Assembly (NCBI GenBank): GCA_048885535.1
Contig: JBHLLO010000055.1
Location: 1-20,929 of the forward strand
Source: Candidatus Hermodarchaeota archaeon
Lineage (GTDB): Archaea; Asgardarchaeota; Lokiarchaeia; Sigyniarchaeales; SOKP01
Direction of reading: 5' to 3'
DNA length: 20,929 bases
How positions within the stretch are numbered: position 1 is the stretch's first letter; the number at the start of each line of letters is the position of its first letter. Of the stretch, positions 8,674-17,893 are shown piece after piece. A program made the position numbers and the translations under genes. The notes under the pieces are model-generated. The model saw only the letters and a list, made by a program, of their open reading frames with translations. It searched no databases and had not been told where the DNA came from.

Positions 8674-10764
8674 TCATTTCCATTTGGCATTTAAGTATTC
8701 AAGCATCTTATCTACATCATGAGTTGGAGATTTACACATTTTGTTAATGCAAACATATGTAGTAGCTTTTCCTTCCAAATTGTCGAAATATTGAACAAAA
8801 TTTGAAAGTTCATCGATATCCGGATTTTCATGTTCCATTTTCCTAAGCAGTATTACCTTATTTGGTAAGTATTCATTCTCAATTGCCTTTAGCATCTTCA
8901 ATGTATCATCAGATTTAGTTTCTCCAGCAATAACTATCGAATATGTTGGTCCAACAATAAAATCTGCCGCGACCATGAATTGTGTATAAGCTATTGGTGA
9001 TGATTCTAATCGTTCTGTAAAAACTCTACTTAATATATCGGCTTTTTGTTCTAAGTTAGAGTCTCCTGTGATGTAGCTTAGACGTAATAAGTTTAACATT
9101 GAAACTGAATTTCCTGAGGGAATTGCTCCATCATAGATTTCCTTTCGACGAGTTAAGAGTTCTTCGTTGAAATCAGAAGTGAAGTAAAAACCTCCAATCT
9201 CATCATCCCAAAAATGATTAATTTGGAAATTATTCAACACTATTGCGTTTTGTAAATAATCAATATCAAACGTAGCTTCAAATAGTTCAATTAAACCCCA
9301 GATGAAAAAAGCATAATCTGTTAAATAACCTCCAATTTGAGCTTCTTCATCTTTATAGCGATGGAGCAGCTGTCCATTCTTTTCTCTTAGATTATTTAAT
9401 ATAAATTGAGCTGATTTCATGGCAATATCTAAATAAAAGTTATTATTTAGAATTTTAGCACCTTTAGCTAAAGCTGCAATCATTAAGCCATTCCAATCTG
9501 TTAGTATTTTATCATCTTTTGAAGGATGAACCCTTTTTTCCCGATGGTTAAATAATTTTTGTCGTATTGATTCAATTTTTAAATAGTTACTTTCTTGTTC
9601 AAGTGGATCTATGTTATTTAAATGAGGTATGTTTTTACCAGTCTTTTTCCCTGTTGATTCTTCAAAAAAATTACCGGAGTCATTTATATTATATAGATTT
9701 ATAAAATAATTAGCATCATCTTCTCCGAGGGTTGTTTTTAATTCAGATTCTTTCCACAGATAAAATTTGCCCTCTTCGCCCTCACTATCAGCATCTTCGG
9801 CGGAATAAAAACCTCCCTCTGGTGAAAGCATATCACGTGTTACATAAGAGAAAATTTCTTCAGCAACCTTTCTATAAATTTCTTTTTTTGTCGCTGAATA
9901 TGTTTCAATGTAAGCAATAGCCGTTAAAGCTTGGTCATATAACATCTTCTCAAAATGAGGCACAAGCCAATAGGTATCTGTAGAATAACGGTGAATGCCA
10001 AATCCTATATGATCATAAATTCCTCCTAATCTCATCTGAATTAAAGTCTTTTCAACCATTTCTAATGCCTTTTCTTCTCCAGTGCGTTTCCAATAACGTA
10101 ATAAGAATAATAAGTTATGTGGAGTAGGAAATTTAGGTTTTTCACTAAATCCTCCATAATTTGGATCGAAAAGTGTTTGAAGTTGATCATAAGTCTTTTT
10201 CAATATTTTCTGGTTAAACTTATCACCGGGAGCTTCTTGAGTTATATTTTGGAGAGTGGAAGTAATTTTTTCAGCAGATTCTTTTAATTCATCATTTTTA
10301 TTTTCCCAAAGGGTTTTGACATTCTTAATTAGATCTATAAGACCAATTCTACCAAATTTAGTCTCTCGTGGAAAATATGTACCTGCAAAAAAGGGTTTTT
10401 TATCAGGAGTAAGGAAAATAGTTAGAGGCCAACCACCTGAACCAGTCATCATTTGACAAACAGTCATATAAATATGATCTATATCAGGGCGCTCTTCTCT
10501 GTCGACTTTTATTGAGACGAATACATCATTCATTAAATTAGCCACTTCCTCACTTTCGAAGCTTTCATGGGCCATAACATGGCACCAATGGCAAGTGGAA
10601 TACCCTATCGATAAAAATATTGGTTTATTCTCTCTTTTAGCTTTTTCAAATGCTTCCTCGGACCAAGGATACCAATCAACAGGATTATGTACATGTTGCA
10701 ATAAATATGGGCTTTTTTCAAATTTTAAATGATTTAATCTTTCATTCTCGATATTTGATTCTAT
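8674..10764 (-). CDS. yyaL: YyaL/SSP411 (SPATA20-like) thioredoxin-domain + alpha/alpha-barrel protein
   Basis: [93 protein letters not shown]. The ORF track starts at TTG 10701, but the conserved N-terminus continues upstream; I extended the start to ATA 10764 (uncertain). Confidence 0.92.
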   Translation of the reverse strand: MESNIENERLNHLKFEKSPYLLQHVHNPVDWYPWSEEAFEKAKRENKPIFLSIGYSTCHWCHVMAHESFESEEVANLMNDVFVSIKVDREERPDIDHIYMTVCQMMTGSGGWPLTIFLTPDKKPFFAGTYFPRETKFGRIGLIDLIKNVKTLWENKNDELKESAEKITSTLQNITQEAPGDKFNQKILKKTYDQLQTLFDPNYGGFSEKPKFPTPHNLLFLLRYWKRTGEEKALEMVEKTLIQMRLGGIYDHIGFGIHRYSTDTYWLVPHFEKMLYDQALTAIAYIETYSATKKEIYRKVAEEIFSYVTRDMLSPEGGFYSAEDADSEGEEGKFYLWKESELKTTLGEDDANYFINLYNINDSGNFFEESTGKKTGKNIPHLNNIDPLEQESNYLKIESIRQKLFNHREKRVHPSKDDKILTDWNGLMIAALAKGAKILNNNFYLDIAMKSAQFILNNLREKNGQLLHRYKDEEAQIGGYLTDYAFFIWGLIELFEATFDIDYLQNAIVLNNFQINHFWDDEIGGFYFTSDFNEELLTRRKEIYDGAIPSGNSVSMLNLLRLSYITGDSNLEQKADILSRVFTERLESSPIAYTQFMVAADFIVGPTYSIVIAGETKSDDTLKMLKAIENEYLPNKVILLRKMEHENPDIDELSNFVQYFDNLEGKATTYVCINKMCKSPTHDVDKMLEYLNAKWK

Positions 10765-10776
10765 TTTTGAACACCT

Positions 10777-11346
10777 TTATTCTTTTAATTTACTTCCAAA
10801 TTCATTTAAAAATACAAATTGATCTAAAGGTTTTCTTGGAGGTCTTTGTTTTTCACCTAATTTCATGGATTCAGATAAAACAGGATTTATTTCAGTTGAA
10901 TGCCTACCAATAATAATTAAAGTTATCAATAAATTATCATCAGGGATATTAAGCACTCCTTTTGCTTGATCTTCATTAAATCCGGCAATAGGATGGGCTA
11001 TCAAACCTAACTCTGTAGCCCTGAGTATAAGTAAAGAAACTGCCAATCCATTATCGAATAGATAATATAACCTATCTTTAATTAAACAATCATCTTCTTT
11101 TTTGCTGAAAATTGCAATAATCAAAGAAGCTTTTTCTACCCATTTATTACCTGGGGTGAGTGTCATAAACAATTCTTTTAATTTATTTTTGTCTCGCACG
11201 AAAATTAAGTTCCATGGTTGCTTATTCATACATGAGGGAGCCATTTGAACAACCTTAGCGAAATCTATTAACATTTCGTCCGAGATTTCAACTGAGTCAA
11301 GAGATCTATAAGATCTTCTTTTTTTTATTGCTTCTGTAACATCCAT
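10777..11346 (-). CDS. Nitroreductase family flavoprotein (copy 2)
   Basis: AIKKRRSYR, APSCMNKQPW, D-x-G-L-A..LRATELGLIAHPIAGF, IIIGR, PRKPL. Confidence 0.93.
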   Translation of the reverse strand: MDVTEAIKKRRSYRSLDSVEISDEMLIDFAKVVQMAPSCMNKQPWNLIFVRDKNKLKELFMTLTPGNKWVEKASLIIAIFSKKEDDCLIKDRLYYLFDNGLAVSLLILRATELGLIAHPIAGFNEDQAKGVLNIPDDNLLITLIIIGRHSTEINPVLSESMKLGEKQRPPRKPLDQFVFLNEFGSKLKE

Positions 11347-11534
11347 TTTGGTATTGATTATTTCGAATTTGCTTTTTAATTTTATCTCTAAAAATTATAA
11401 GAAATATTCAAAATATCAATATCCTGCTAATACTAAATCAAAATAATGGGATTATAACTAATAATTATAAAATAAATGGAGTAAAATAATAATAATTTAT
11501 AGAAACACAAGGATCTTGAATTTCTGAAATACGT

Positions 11535-12095
11535 TTAAAGAGAGTATTTATTAATATAAGAGAATTCTTTAAATTTTAATCGAACTGGTTTGTTAAATTC
11601 AGTAGCTCTCATTAATTCTGTCAAGTTTTTATCAATTTTAGGTGACTTTCTACCTATAATAATTAAAGCAATTACTCTCATGACATTAGGAATACCCAAT
11701 ATCTTCTTAACTTTTTCTTCCTCAAATCCGGCTATAGGATGAGCTACAAGACCAAGTTCAGTAGCTCGTAGAATTAAAAATGCTGTAGCTAGTCCAGTAT
11801 CAAATAAGTAATAAAGGCGTTCTTTTATGATACAATCATATTCAACATTACTAAACACAACAATTATCATGGAAGCATTTACCACCCATTTTTCATTAGG
11901 GGGGGTTATTGTAGGCATTAATTTTTCGAGTTGGGTTTTACTATAAACAAAAATAAATCTCCAAGGTTGGGAGTTTTTACAAGAAGGTGCTAAACTCGCG
12001 CAATCAGCTAAATCCTTTATAAGTTCATCATTAATATCAATAGGATTCAAAGATCTATAAGACCTTCTCTTATTAATAGCCTCTTTAACATCCAT
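11535..12095 (-). CDS. Nitroreductase family flavoprotein (copy 1)
   Basis: AINKRRSYR, APSCKNSQPWRF, DTGLA..LRATELGLVAHPIAGF; clear paralogue of 10777..11346. Confidence 0.93.
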   Translation of the reverse strand: MDVKEAINKRRSYRSLNPIDINDELIKDLADCASLAPSCKNSQPWRFIFVYSKTQLEKLMPTITPPNEKWVVNASMIIVVFSNVEYDCIIKERLYYLFDTGLATAFLILRATELGLVAHPIAGFEEEKVKKILGIPNVMRVIALIIIGRKSPKIDKNLTELMRATEFNKPVRLKFKEFSYINKYSL

Positions 12096-12260
12096 TATAA
12101 AACCCTTTTCCAGTTAATTTAAATTTTCTTTTCTAATTTAATAGAAAATAATGAACTATTTAATTTGAAGATATAGAAAAAACATCTCTGGATAAAATTC
12201 CTAGAACGTAATAGAAATTATCCTTTTATTGATTTTAAAAATTTAATAATAAATATTAGG

Positions 12261-12268
12261 AAAAAAAA
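12261..12268 (-). terminator. Oligo(T) archaeal terminator candidate for bcp
   Basis: T8 on the minus strand immediately after the bcp stop codon. Confidence 0.45.
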
Positions 12269-12769
12269 TTAAGCCTTATTTTTTAAGCTTTTAAGTTCAT
12301 CTTTAACTTCCTCTGCATGTCCTTTAACGCTAACCTTAGGCCAAATATAAGCGATCTTTCCATCTAAGTCTATTAAAAACGTGCTTCTAATAACTCCTAA
12401 ATATGTCTTTCCCTTAAATTTTTTTTGACCCCATGCCCCATATTTGTTCATCACTTCATGATTTTCATCGCTTAATAGGGTGACTTTCAAGTTTTTCTTT
12501 TCAATGAATTTAGCGTGGGATTCTGGACTGTCTGGGCTAATACCTATGACTTCTGCATCAAGTTCTTGGAATTCGGGTAAAATATTCGTAAATCCAATCG
12601 CTTCAGTTGTACAACCAGGGGTATTGTCAGCAGGATAAAAGTACACAATATTGTATTTTCCACTAAAATCTTTTAAGCATACTTGCTGTTTATCCTTATC
12701 TGGAAGGCAAAATTCAGGGGCTTTATCTCCTATATTCAGGTTCGCTTTCTTTTTTGTCATAAATATCAC
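12269..12769 (-). CDS. bcp: Peroxiredoxin, BCP/PrxQ family
   Basis: GDKAPEFCL, YFYPADNTPGCTTEA (PxxxTxxC), GISPDSPESH, RSTFLID, GHAEEV. Confidence 0.95.
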   Translation of the reverse strand: MIFMTKKKANLNIGDKAPEFCLPDKDKQQVCLKDFSGKYNIVYFYPADNTPGCTTEAIGFTNILPEFQELDAEVIGISPDSPESHAKFIEKKNLKVTLLSDENHEVMNKYGAWGQKKFKGKTYLGVIRSTFLIDLDGKIAYIWPKVSVKGHAEEVKDELKSLKNKA

Positions 12770-12930
12770 ATTTTTAAAAGTATTTATATCCTAATAATAA
12801 TTAAAATTTAAAAAATATCAAAATAGACATTATTAGCTATTAAATTTTAACTAAAATAAGAAACAAATTTAAGATTTAGAAAGATTAATATTAATAAAAT
12901 ATAAATTCAATTGTTTTACGTGTTTAATTT

Positions 12931-13527
12931 ATGGAAAGTAAAAGTTTGGGTCTATTCCTAAGTGTTTTAGGAGGAATTTTTATAGGAATTGCTTTAATTA
13001 CAATTTGGAGCATGTTTTTAACTTGGGAGCTATGGAAAGGTGGATATATAATCTTAGCAATTCCATTTTTAGCGTTTGGAGTCTCTACGATGTTTTTTGG
13101 AATTTATTTAATATTTGGCTCTAAATTTGGTTCAAAAATTAAAGGATTGATTATGATAATTGATGGAATAATCCCAATTATAGGAACGATAATTATTTGG
13201 CTAGATAGTAGGTTTTTACCCCATAATCTGACACAGTTTATTGTGTTTTTTCCTTTACTATTAGTTGGCATTTTTCTTATCATATATGGTATTTTTTTAA
13301 TATTAGCAGATACATTTATTCAGAATAAAAGAACTAGGAAAACAACAAATCAAGTCCTAGGTATAGTATCTGCTTTAGTAGGTATAACAAATATAGTATT
13401 TTTTGTAATTCTATTGATATCCTTTATTGATCATCCATTACTATTTTCTGTAGGTTGGCTAGCTCTTGGAGCTATATTGATAATATTTGGAATTTACTTA
13501 GTTATTAAGAAGATTGAAAAAAAATAA
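12931..13527 (+). CDS. Integral membrane protein, about 6 TM helices, unknown function
   Basis: 198-aa ORF made almost entirely of Gly-containing hydrophobic helices. Confidence 0.8.
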   Translation: MESKSLGLFLSVLGGIFIGIALITIWSMFLTWELWKGGYIILAIPFLAFGVSTMFFGIYLIFGSKFGSKIKGLIMIIDGIIPIIGTIIIWLDSRFLPHNLTQFIVFFPLLLVGIFLIIYGIFLILADTFIQNKRTRKTTNQVLGIVSALVGITNIVFFVILLISFIDHPLLFSVGWLALGAILIIFGIYLVIKKIEKK

Positions 13528-13539
13528 CATAAAATATTT

Positions 13540-15039
13540 TTAAGGGTCATTCCTAAAAGGATGTCTTGCATTTTCCATATTTGCAATTCCATCCTCCACA
13601 GTTGGGACACCTTCCATTGCTTTTCTAATAGCATTTCTTGTAGCTTTATAATTGTTAATGAATACTCTTTTTCTGGCACTAGCACTAGGGTGAACAAAAA
13701 CGTTGACAATTATTACAATTTCATCTGCTAATTCTTTAGGAAGTATACCATCATCAACACATTGCATAACTGCCTTAGCGATCGCTGCTTGAGCAGGACC
13801 ATAAGTTAGACTTGCATGACGTAGGGAAGTTGGTCTTACTGTGGGGATCATTATTGTGGATGGTTTTATCTGCATATTAGGCTCCAATATAACTTGTAAT
13901 CCTTCGCGACCTTCTTCAGGATTAGTCAAAGCTTGAGCATATGCATTTCCAACGGGTCCATCTTTTTTACCTATCAATATATCAATGTGAGCTACTTCAA
14001 CACGATCACCAACAAGTGATTCTCCAACTTTTAATCCAAAATCAGTGATTTTATGTGGTGTTATTCCAACAGCATAGAAGCGATTTGTTAGTGGCTTATC
14101 TCCAAATTGAAACTCTATTTCAGTTTTTTCAATTAATCCTAATTTTTCTAATTCAACTCTCAATTCATCTTTTATTTCATAGGAGAGAGCATCACCCAAA
14201 ACAAGCGGTTGCCGGGTTTTGCCTACTGGAATTTTCATCATATTTAAACAAGATTTAACTCCAAGTGCTCCTGAATTAATTAATAATCTCGCTAATTTTT
14301 GAACTCTCTTTTGAAGAGCTTGGGCTTCTTGCAGTCGGTTATTTTTAACGTGATCATAAATTTCTAGCCAAAATTTGGGAATTACATTTGCAGATCCTAA
14401 AATACATCCAGCAGCACCTCCAGCTAAAGCACCTAACACATTTTCATCCCATCCAATCATAACTGAAATCTTATCACTTACCTTCTCTAAAATTGCTGAA
14501 AAATATTTATAATCTCCACTCGAATCCTTAATGGCAACAATATTTTCAATATCTACTAAATCTTCCACTACAGTCCAAGGTAATTCTACTCCTGTACATG
14601 CTGGTATGTTGTATAAAACTATTGGTATATCTGTTTTCTCAGCAATTGTGAAATAATGGTCATATAGACCTTTACTTTTCGGTTTTAAATAATAAGGTGT
14701 AACTATAAGGACTGCATCAGCTCCAATGTCAGTTGCTTTATTAGTTGCATCAATTACTAATTTTGTACCAGTTTCTCCTGTTCCAGCGATGACCGGTATA
14801 CGTCCATTAACCTCATCTACAACAATTTCAATTATTTCTAAACGTTCTTCAAATGTCATATTAACAAACTCGCCAGTAGTACCGACTGGAACAAGTCCAT
14901 TTACTCCTTGTTCGATAAGATAATTTACTAAATTTCTTAATTGCTCTTCATTTATCGATTCATCTTTATTAAACGGAGTTACGAGAGCAACCATAACTCC
15001 TTCTGGTCTAAAATCAAACTTACTCATACTTTTTATCAT
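13540..15039 (-). CDS. DapA/NanA-family class I aldolase (aa approx. 10-303) fused to a C-terminal formaldehyde-activating enzyme (Fae) domain (aa approx. 336-499)
   Basis: ALVTPF, GTTGE, TPYY, LYNIP (Y143), AIKDSSG (Schiff-base K171). Fae: VGESLVG..EVAHIDILIGKKDGPVG, KPSTIMIP, GPAQAAIAKAV, VFVHP, NYKATRNAIRKAM, HPF. Confidence 0.92.
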   Translation of the reverse strand: MIKSMSKFDFRPEGVMVALVTPFNKDESINEEQLRNLVNYLIEQGVNGLVPVGTTGEFVNMTFEERLEIIEIVVDEVNGRIPVIAGTGETGTKLVIDATNKATDIGADAVLIVTPYYLKPKSKGLYDHYFTIAEKTDIPIVLYNIPACTGVELPWTVVEDLVDIENIVAIKDSSGDYKYFSAILEKVSDKISVMIGWDENVLGALAGGAAGCILGSANVIPKFWLEIYDHVKNNRLQEAQALQKRVQKLARLLINSGALGVKSCLNMMKIPVGKTRQPLVLGDALSYEIKDELRVELEKLGLIEKTEIEFQFGDKPLTNRFYAVGITPHKITDFGLKVGESLVGDRVEVAHIDILIGKKDGPVGNAYAQALTNPEEGREGLQVILEPNMQIKPSTIMIPTVRPTSLRHASLTYGPAQAAIAKAVMQCVDDGILPKELADEIVIIVNVFVHPSASARKRVFINNYKATRNAIRKAMEGVPTVEDGIANMENARHPFRNDP

Positions 15040-15072
15040 ACTAAATTGTTAATTTTAACCCAATAAAATTAT

Positions 15073-15639
15073 TCATTTACTTTTAGCTTTCGAAGTAGCT
15101 TCAAAATTTTTTGAACCGGGTAAATACTTAATAACCTTTGCTGGGGTTCCACCAGCTAGTGCAAAATCAGGTATATCCTTTGTAACAACAGACCCAGCAG
15201 CAATTACGGACCCTTCACCTATTGTTACTCCCCCCAAAACAATACTATGTAAACCTAACCAACATCCTTTTTTAATTCTAACTGGTGAAGGGGGATAACC
15301 TAGATCTGACACATACATTCCAGGTCTTAAAAGATGAAGGTCTCTACCATGGGCCATAATCATCGAATAAGCTGCTATTTCAACATTGTCTTCAAGGAAA
15401 ATTAAAAAAGGATACTCATTATCAATATAGACATCTTCACCAATCCATACATTTTTACCCATAACAACACCCTTTATTCTATGCAGTCTTGCTCTTGTAA
15501 AACCACCTGGGATATGCCTTGCTAAAACATTGATAAATCTAACCATAAATCGCCCAAATATGGTTTTCTTTCTTTTTTTCTTAATTTGTTCTAATTTCTC
15601 TCGAAGTTTTAATTCTTGTTCACGAGAAAATTTACTCAT
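15073..15639 (-). CDS. Hexapeptide-repeat (left-handed beta-helix) O-acyltransferase
   Basis: GVVMGKNVWIG, IFLEDNVEI, AH, PVRIKKGCWLG, GVTIGEGSVIAAGSVVTKDIP, GGTPAKVIK. Confidence 0.93.
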   Translation of the reverse strand: MSKFSREQELKLREKLEQIKKKRKKTIFGRFMVRFINVLARHIPGGFTRARLHRIKGVVMGKNVWIGEDVYIDNEYPFLIFLEDNVEIAAYSMIMAHGRDLHLLRPGMYVSDLGYPPSPVRIKKGCWLGLHSIVLGGVTIGEGSVIAAGSVVTKDIPDFALAGGTPAKVIKYLPGSKNFEATSKAKSK

Positions 15640-15715
15640 ATTTTCTTTAATGTTCCTTTTTTCTTAAATTAAATTCATATTACTAATAAGTGGTATTTGA
15701 AGTTTGATAACCTTT

Positions 15716-16555
15716 TTACTTTCTTAATCTTCTAATATAATCTATATAGGACCACGTATCGATATCACCAGTAATGCACACAAAATTTTCTTTTTGATCT
15801 TTCCTATAGGTTTCTACAGCTTTTTTAAATTCGATTAAAATTGAGTTCGCATCTTTATTTACAAATTTACAAATAGCATCCAAAGCAACGATAAACTTTT
15901 TCTGACCCATTCGTATTGGGTGCATATCGAAAATTATTATTGAGCCTTTAGTTTTACGAATAGATTTTATAAAATGCTTAGTGATGACTCTAGGATTCCA
16001 AATACCTAACAAATCTATTAAAAGATCATCACTAGGTCTTGCCATTACAAATTCGGGAACTACTTGATTAATTGGTTTCCAAGGCGGATCCTCTTGAAAT
16101 TCTGAACTGGAATGTGAGAACCCTATTTCTTTAAGAACTTCATAAAATTTAGATTTTCCCAAATTGCTAATAGAATTCATGGCATAAGGGGCGCGAAAAC
16201 ACCAAGATTCGAGATTACTTCTTTCAAAGATTTCTTTTGATCTCCTTATTTCCTGAATGGCTTGATTAACTGTTAATTCTTGGAGATTAAAATGCTTATA
16301 TCCATGCGGGAGAGCTATATTTTTTGAGTTTCTAAATATAGCCACTCTATCAGGATGTCCTTCAAGAATGTATGCTGCTACAAAATAAGTCATATGGGAA
16401 TTATATTTTTCAAGCACAGAATTGATATTGTTAATTAAATATTCCATCTTAGTTAATTGAAAAAAGAAGTTTAAAACAGTTTTTTTTAATAAATAAAAAA
16501 TGTTCCTTCTGTAGACTTTCAATAATTGCTTGAAATATTGGGGTATTATCGGCAA
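15716..16555 (-). CDS. Polysaccharide deacetylase (CE4/NodB-like), atypical motif order
   Basis: TYFV, HGYKH (HxxxH metal motif), FRAPY, DMHP; a TGDID motif at the C-terminus. TTG start preceded by AGGTGG (16566-16561). Confidence 0.8.
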   Translation of the reverse strand: MPIIPQYFKQLLKVYRRNIFYLLKKTVLNFFFQLTKMEYLINNINSVLEKYNSHMTYFVAAYILEGHPDRVAIFRNSKNIALPHGYKHFNLQELTVNQAIQEIRRSKEIFERSNLESWCFRAPYAMNSISNLGKSKFYEVLKEIGFSHSSSEFQEDPPWKPINQVVPEFVMARPSDDLLIDLLGIWNPRVITKHFIKSIRKTKGSIIIFDMHPIRMGQKKFIVALDAICKFVNKDANSILIEFKKAVETYRKDQKENFVCITGDIDTWSYIDYIRRLRK

Positions 16556-16575
16556 TTATCCCACCTATTAATTAA

Positions 16576-17862
16576 CTATTTAGGATAATGTAAATTTTTG
16601 GCAGCAATAATAGAAAGGCCATTTTCAGTTAATGCTTTAGCGGTATGATTTACTGCACGGTATCTATCAAGATGATTTATACGGAGAAAGTCCCATAATC
16701 CTGCGTTTTTCAAATCTTCTTTTGGCATGAAATATTCAAGTATGTCTGTAGGATGTTCTCGCTTTTCTTCTACTTCAACATCCCCACCTTCATGCTTAGC
16801 ACTCACATTTTTAACTATTTTTACTAATTCTAGGAGTTCTTTCCTTCGATCGTAAGGCTGTCTGACAATACTCTTCCAAGTTTCCGTTATATGATGTTCA
16901 AGTCTAACTACATCTTCAAAATCAAAATTTTTCCTAATATAAGCAGCTAATTCAATAGTTTCGTTATTAACAGAATTAGCAAGGTTAAACCCTATTAATG
17001 GACTTGTCCCATCTTCCCGTGCGAATAATTTAGCTGTTAATAACGTCCAAAGACAAGAATAAGGATTATCATTTCCCATATACACACTTATTTTAAATTC
17101 ATTATTAATTCCCAATTTGTAAATAAAATACCCAAGAAGTACAGTTCCAGGATTTACGTTAAGAACTTGTTTAATTCCATAATTGGTATAATAATAAAGA
17201 AATTCGTCAATCCATTTTAACGCAAAGTCATTTGGTTGGCCAACACCTCCAAAATAACCAGTAATTGTTTCTGGTCCTCCTAAATGGACATTAACAGGTA
17301 AACCATCAGGACCAGGAGCAGTCCCTTTTGTATCCAATGTTTCAACCCAGCTAGAGCCTATAATTTGCATTGCAGCAGTCATTGCGATTAGATCTCCATC
17401 TTTTTCTTGTTCTTTCATATTCCGAACACGTATAATTCTTCCTGGAACTAGCTGCTGAGTTTCTATAGCATCTCTAGCAATATCAATTAGAAAAGGGAAA
17501 TATTGACAGGCAGATAACTCCAAGGTTACCGCAAAATCTTCATTAAATTTTAACTCTAAAGCTTTTTCTCCTAAAACTTTTTCACGATATTCACCTATAC
17601 TAATGAAAGCTTCGTTATCTCTTTGATTGGTAAGCCATTCGATATCCTTAACATAATCAGAATTCACTTTTTCTAATCGCTGGATTAAAATATCGATTTT
17701 AGATGCCTCTTGTGCTTTTCTATTAATCTCCTTAATACCACCATATTTTTCCAATAATTCAAAAAGATCGTTGATAAGCGTATTATCTTCATCCAAAATG
17801 AATTCATTCACCGCTTTTAATGCGCTATCAGGAATTTTTAGCTTTTTTCTTAATTCTTTCAT
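16576..17862 (-). CDS. Uncharacterised soluble protein, enzyme-like
   Basis: 428-aa ORF rich in Gly/Pro/His/acidic motifs (ETLDTKG, NVHLGGPETITGYFGGVGQPN, KISVYMGNDNPY, RLEHHITET, SAKHEGG). I cannot assign a family. Confidence 0.85.
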   Translation of the reverse strand: MKELRKKLKIPDSALKAVNEFILDEDNTLINDLFELLEKYGGIKEINRKAQEASKIDILIQRLEKVNSDYVKDIEWLTNQRDNEAFISIGEYREKVLGEKALELKFNEDFAVTLELSACQYFPFLIDIARDAIETQQLVPGRIIRVRNMKEQEKDGDLIAMTAAMQIIGSSWVETLDTKGTAPGPDGLPVNVHLGGPETITGYFGGVGQPNDFALKWIDEFLYYYTNYGIKQVLNVNPGTVLLGYFIYKLGINNEFKISVYMGNDNPYSCLWTLLTAKLFAREDGTSPLIGFNLANSVNNETIELAAYIRKNFDFEDVVRLEHHITETWKSIVRQPYDRRKELLELVKIVKNVSAKHEGGDVEVEEKREHPTDILEYFMPKEDLKNAGLWDFLRINHLDRYRAVNHTAKALTENGLSIIAAKNLHYPK

Positions 17863-17893
17863 CTCTCATTTTTACCTTTATTATTTTCGTAAA

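Noticed and set aside
8666-8675. GATAATTATC palindrome at a convergent gene junction
   Set aside because: Produced by abutting stop codons; no loop and no further support.
11347-11534. Hydrophobic, TM-tail-like reading (..YNPIILI..IFLIIFRDKIKK) on the minus strand between the nitroreductases
   Set aside because: Needs several stops and frameshifts, and T-rich DNA gives such translations by chance.
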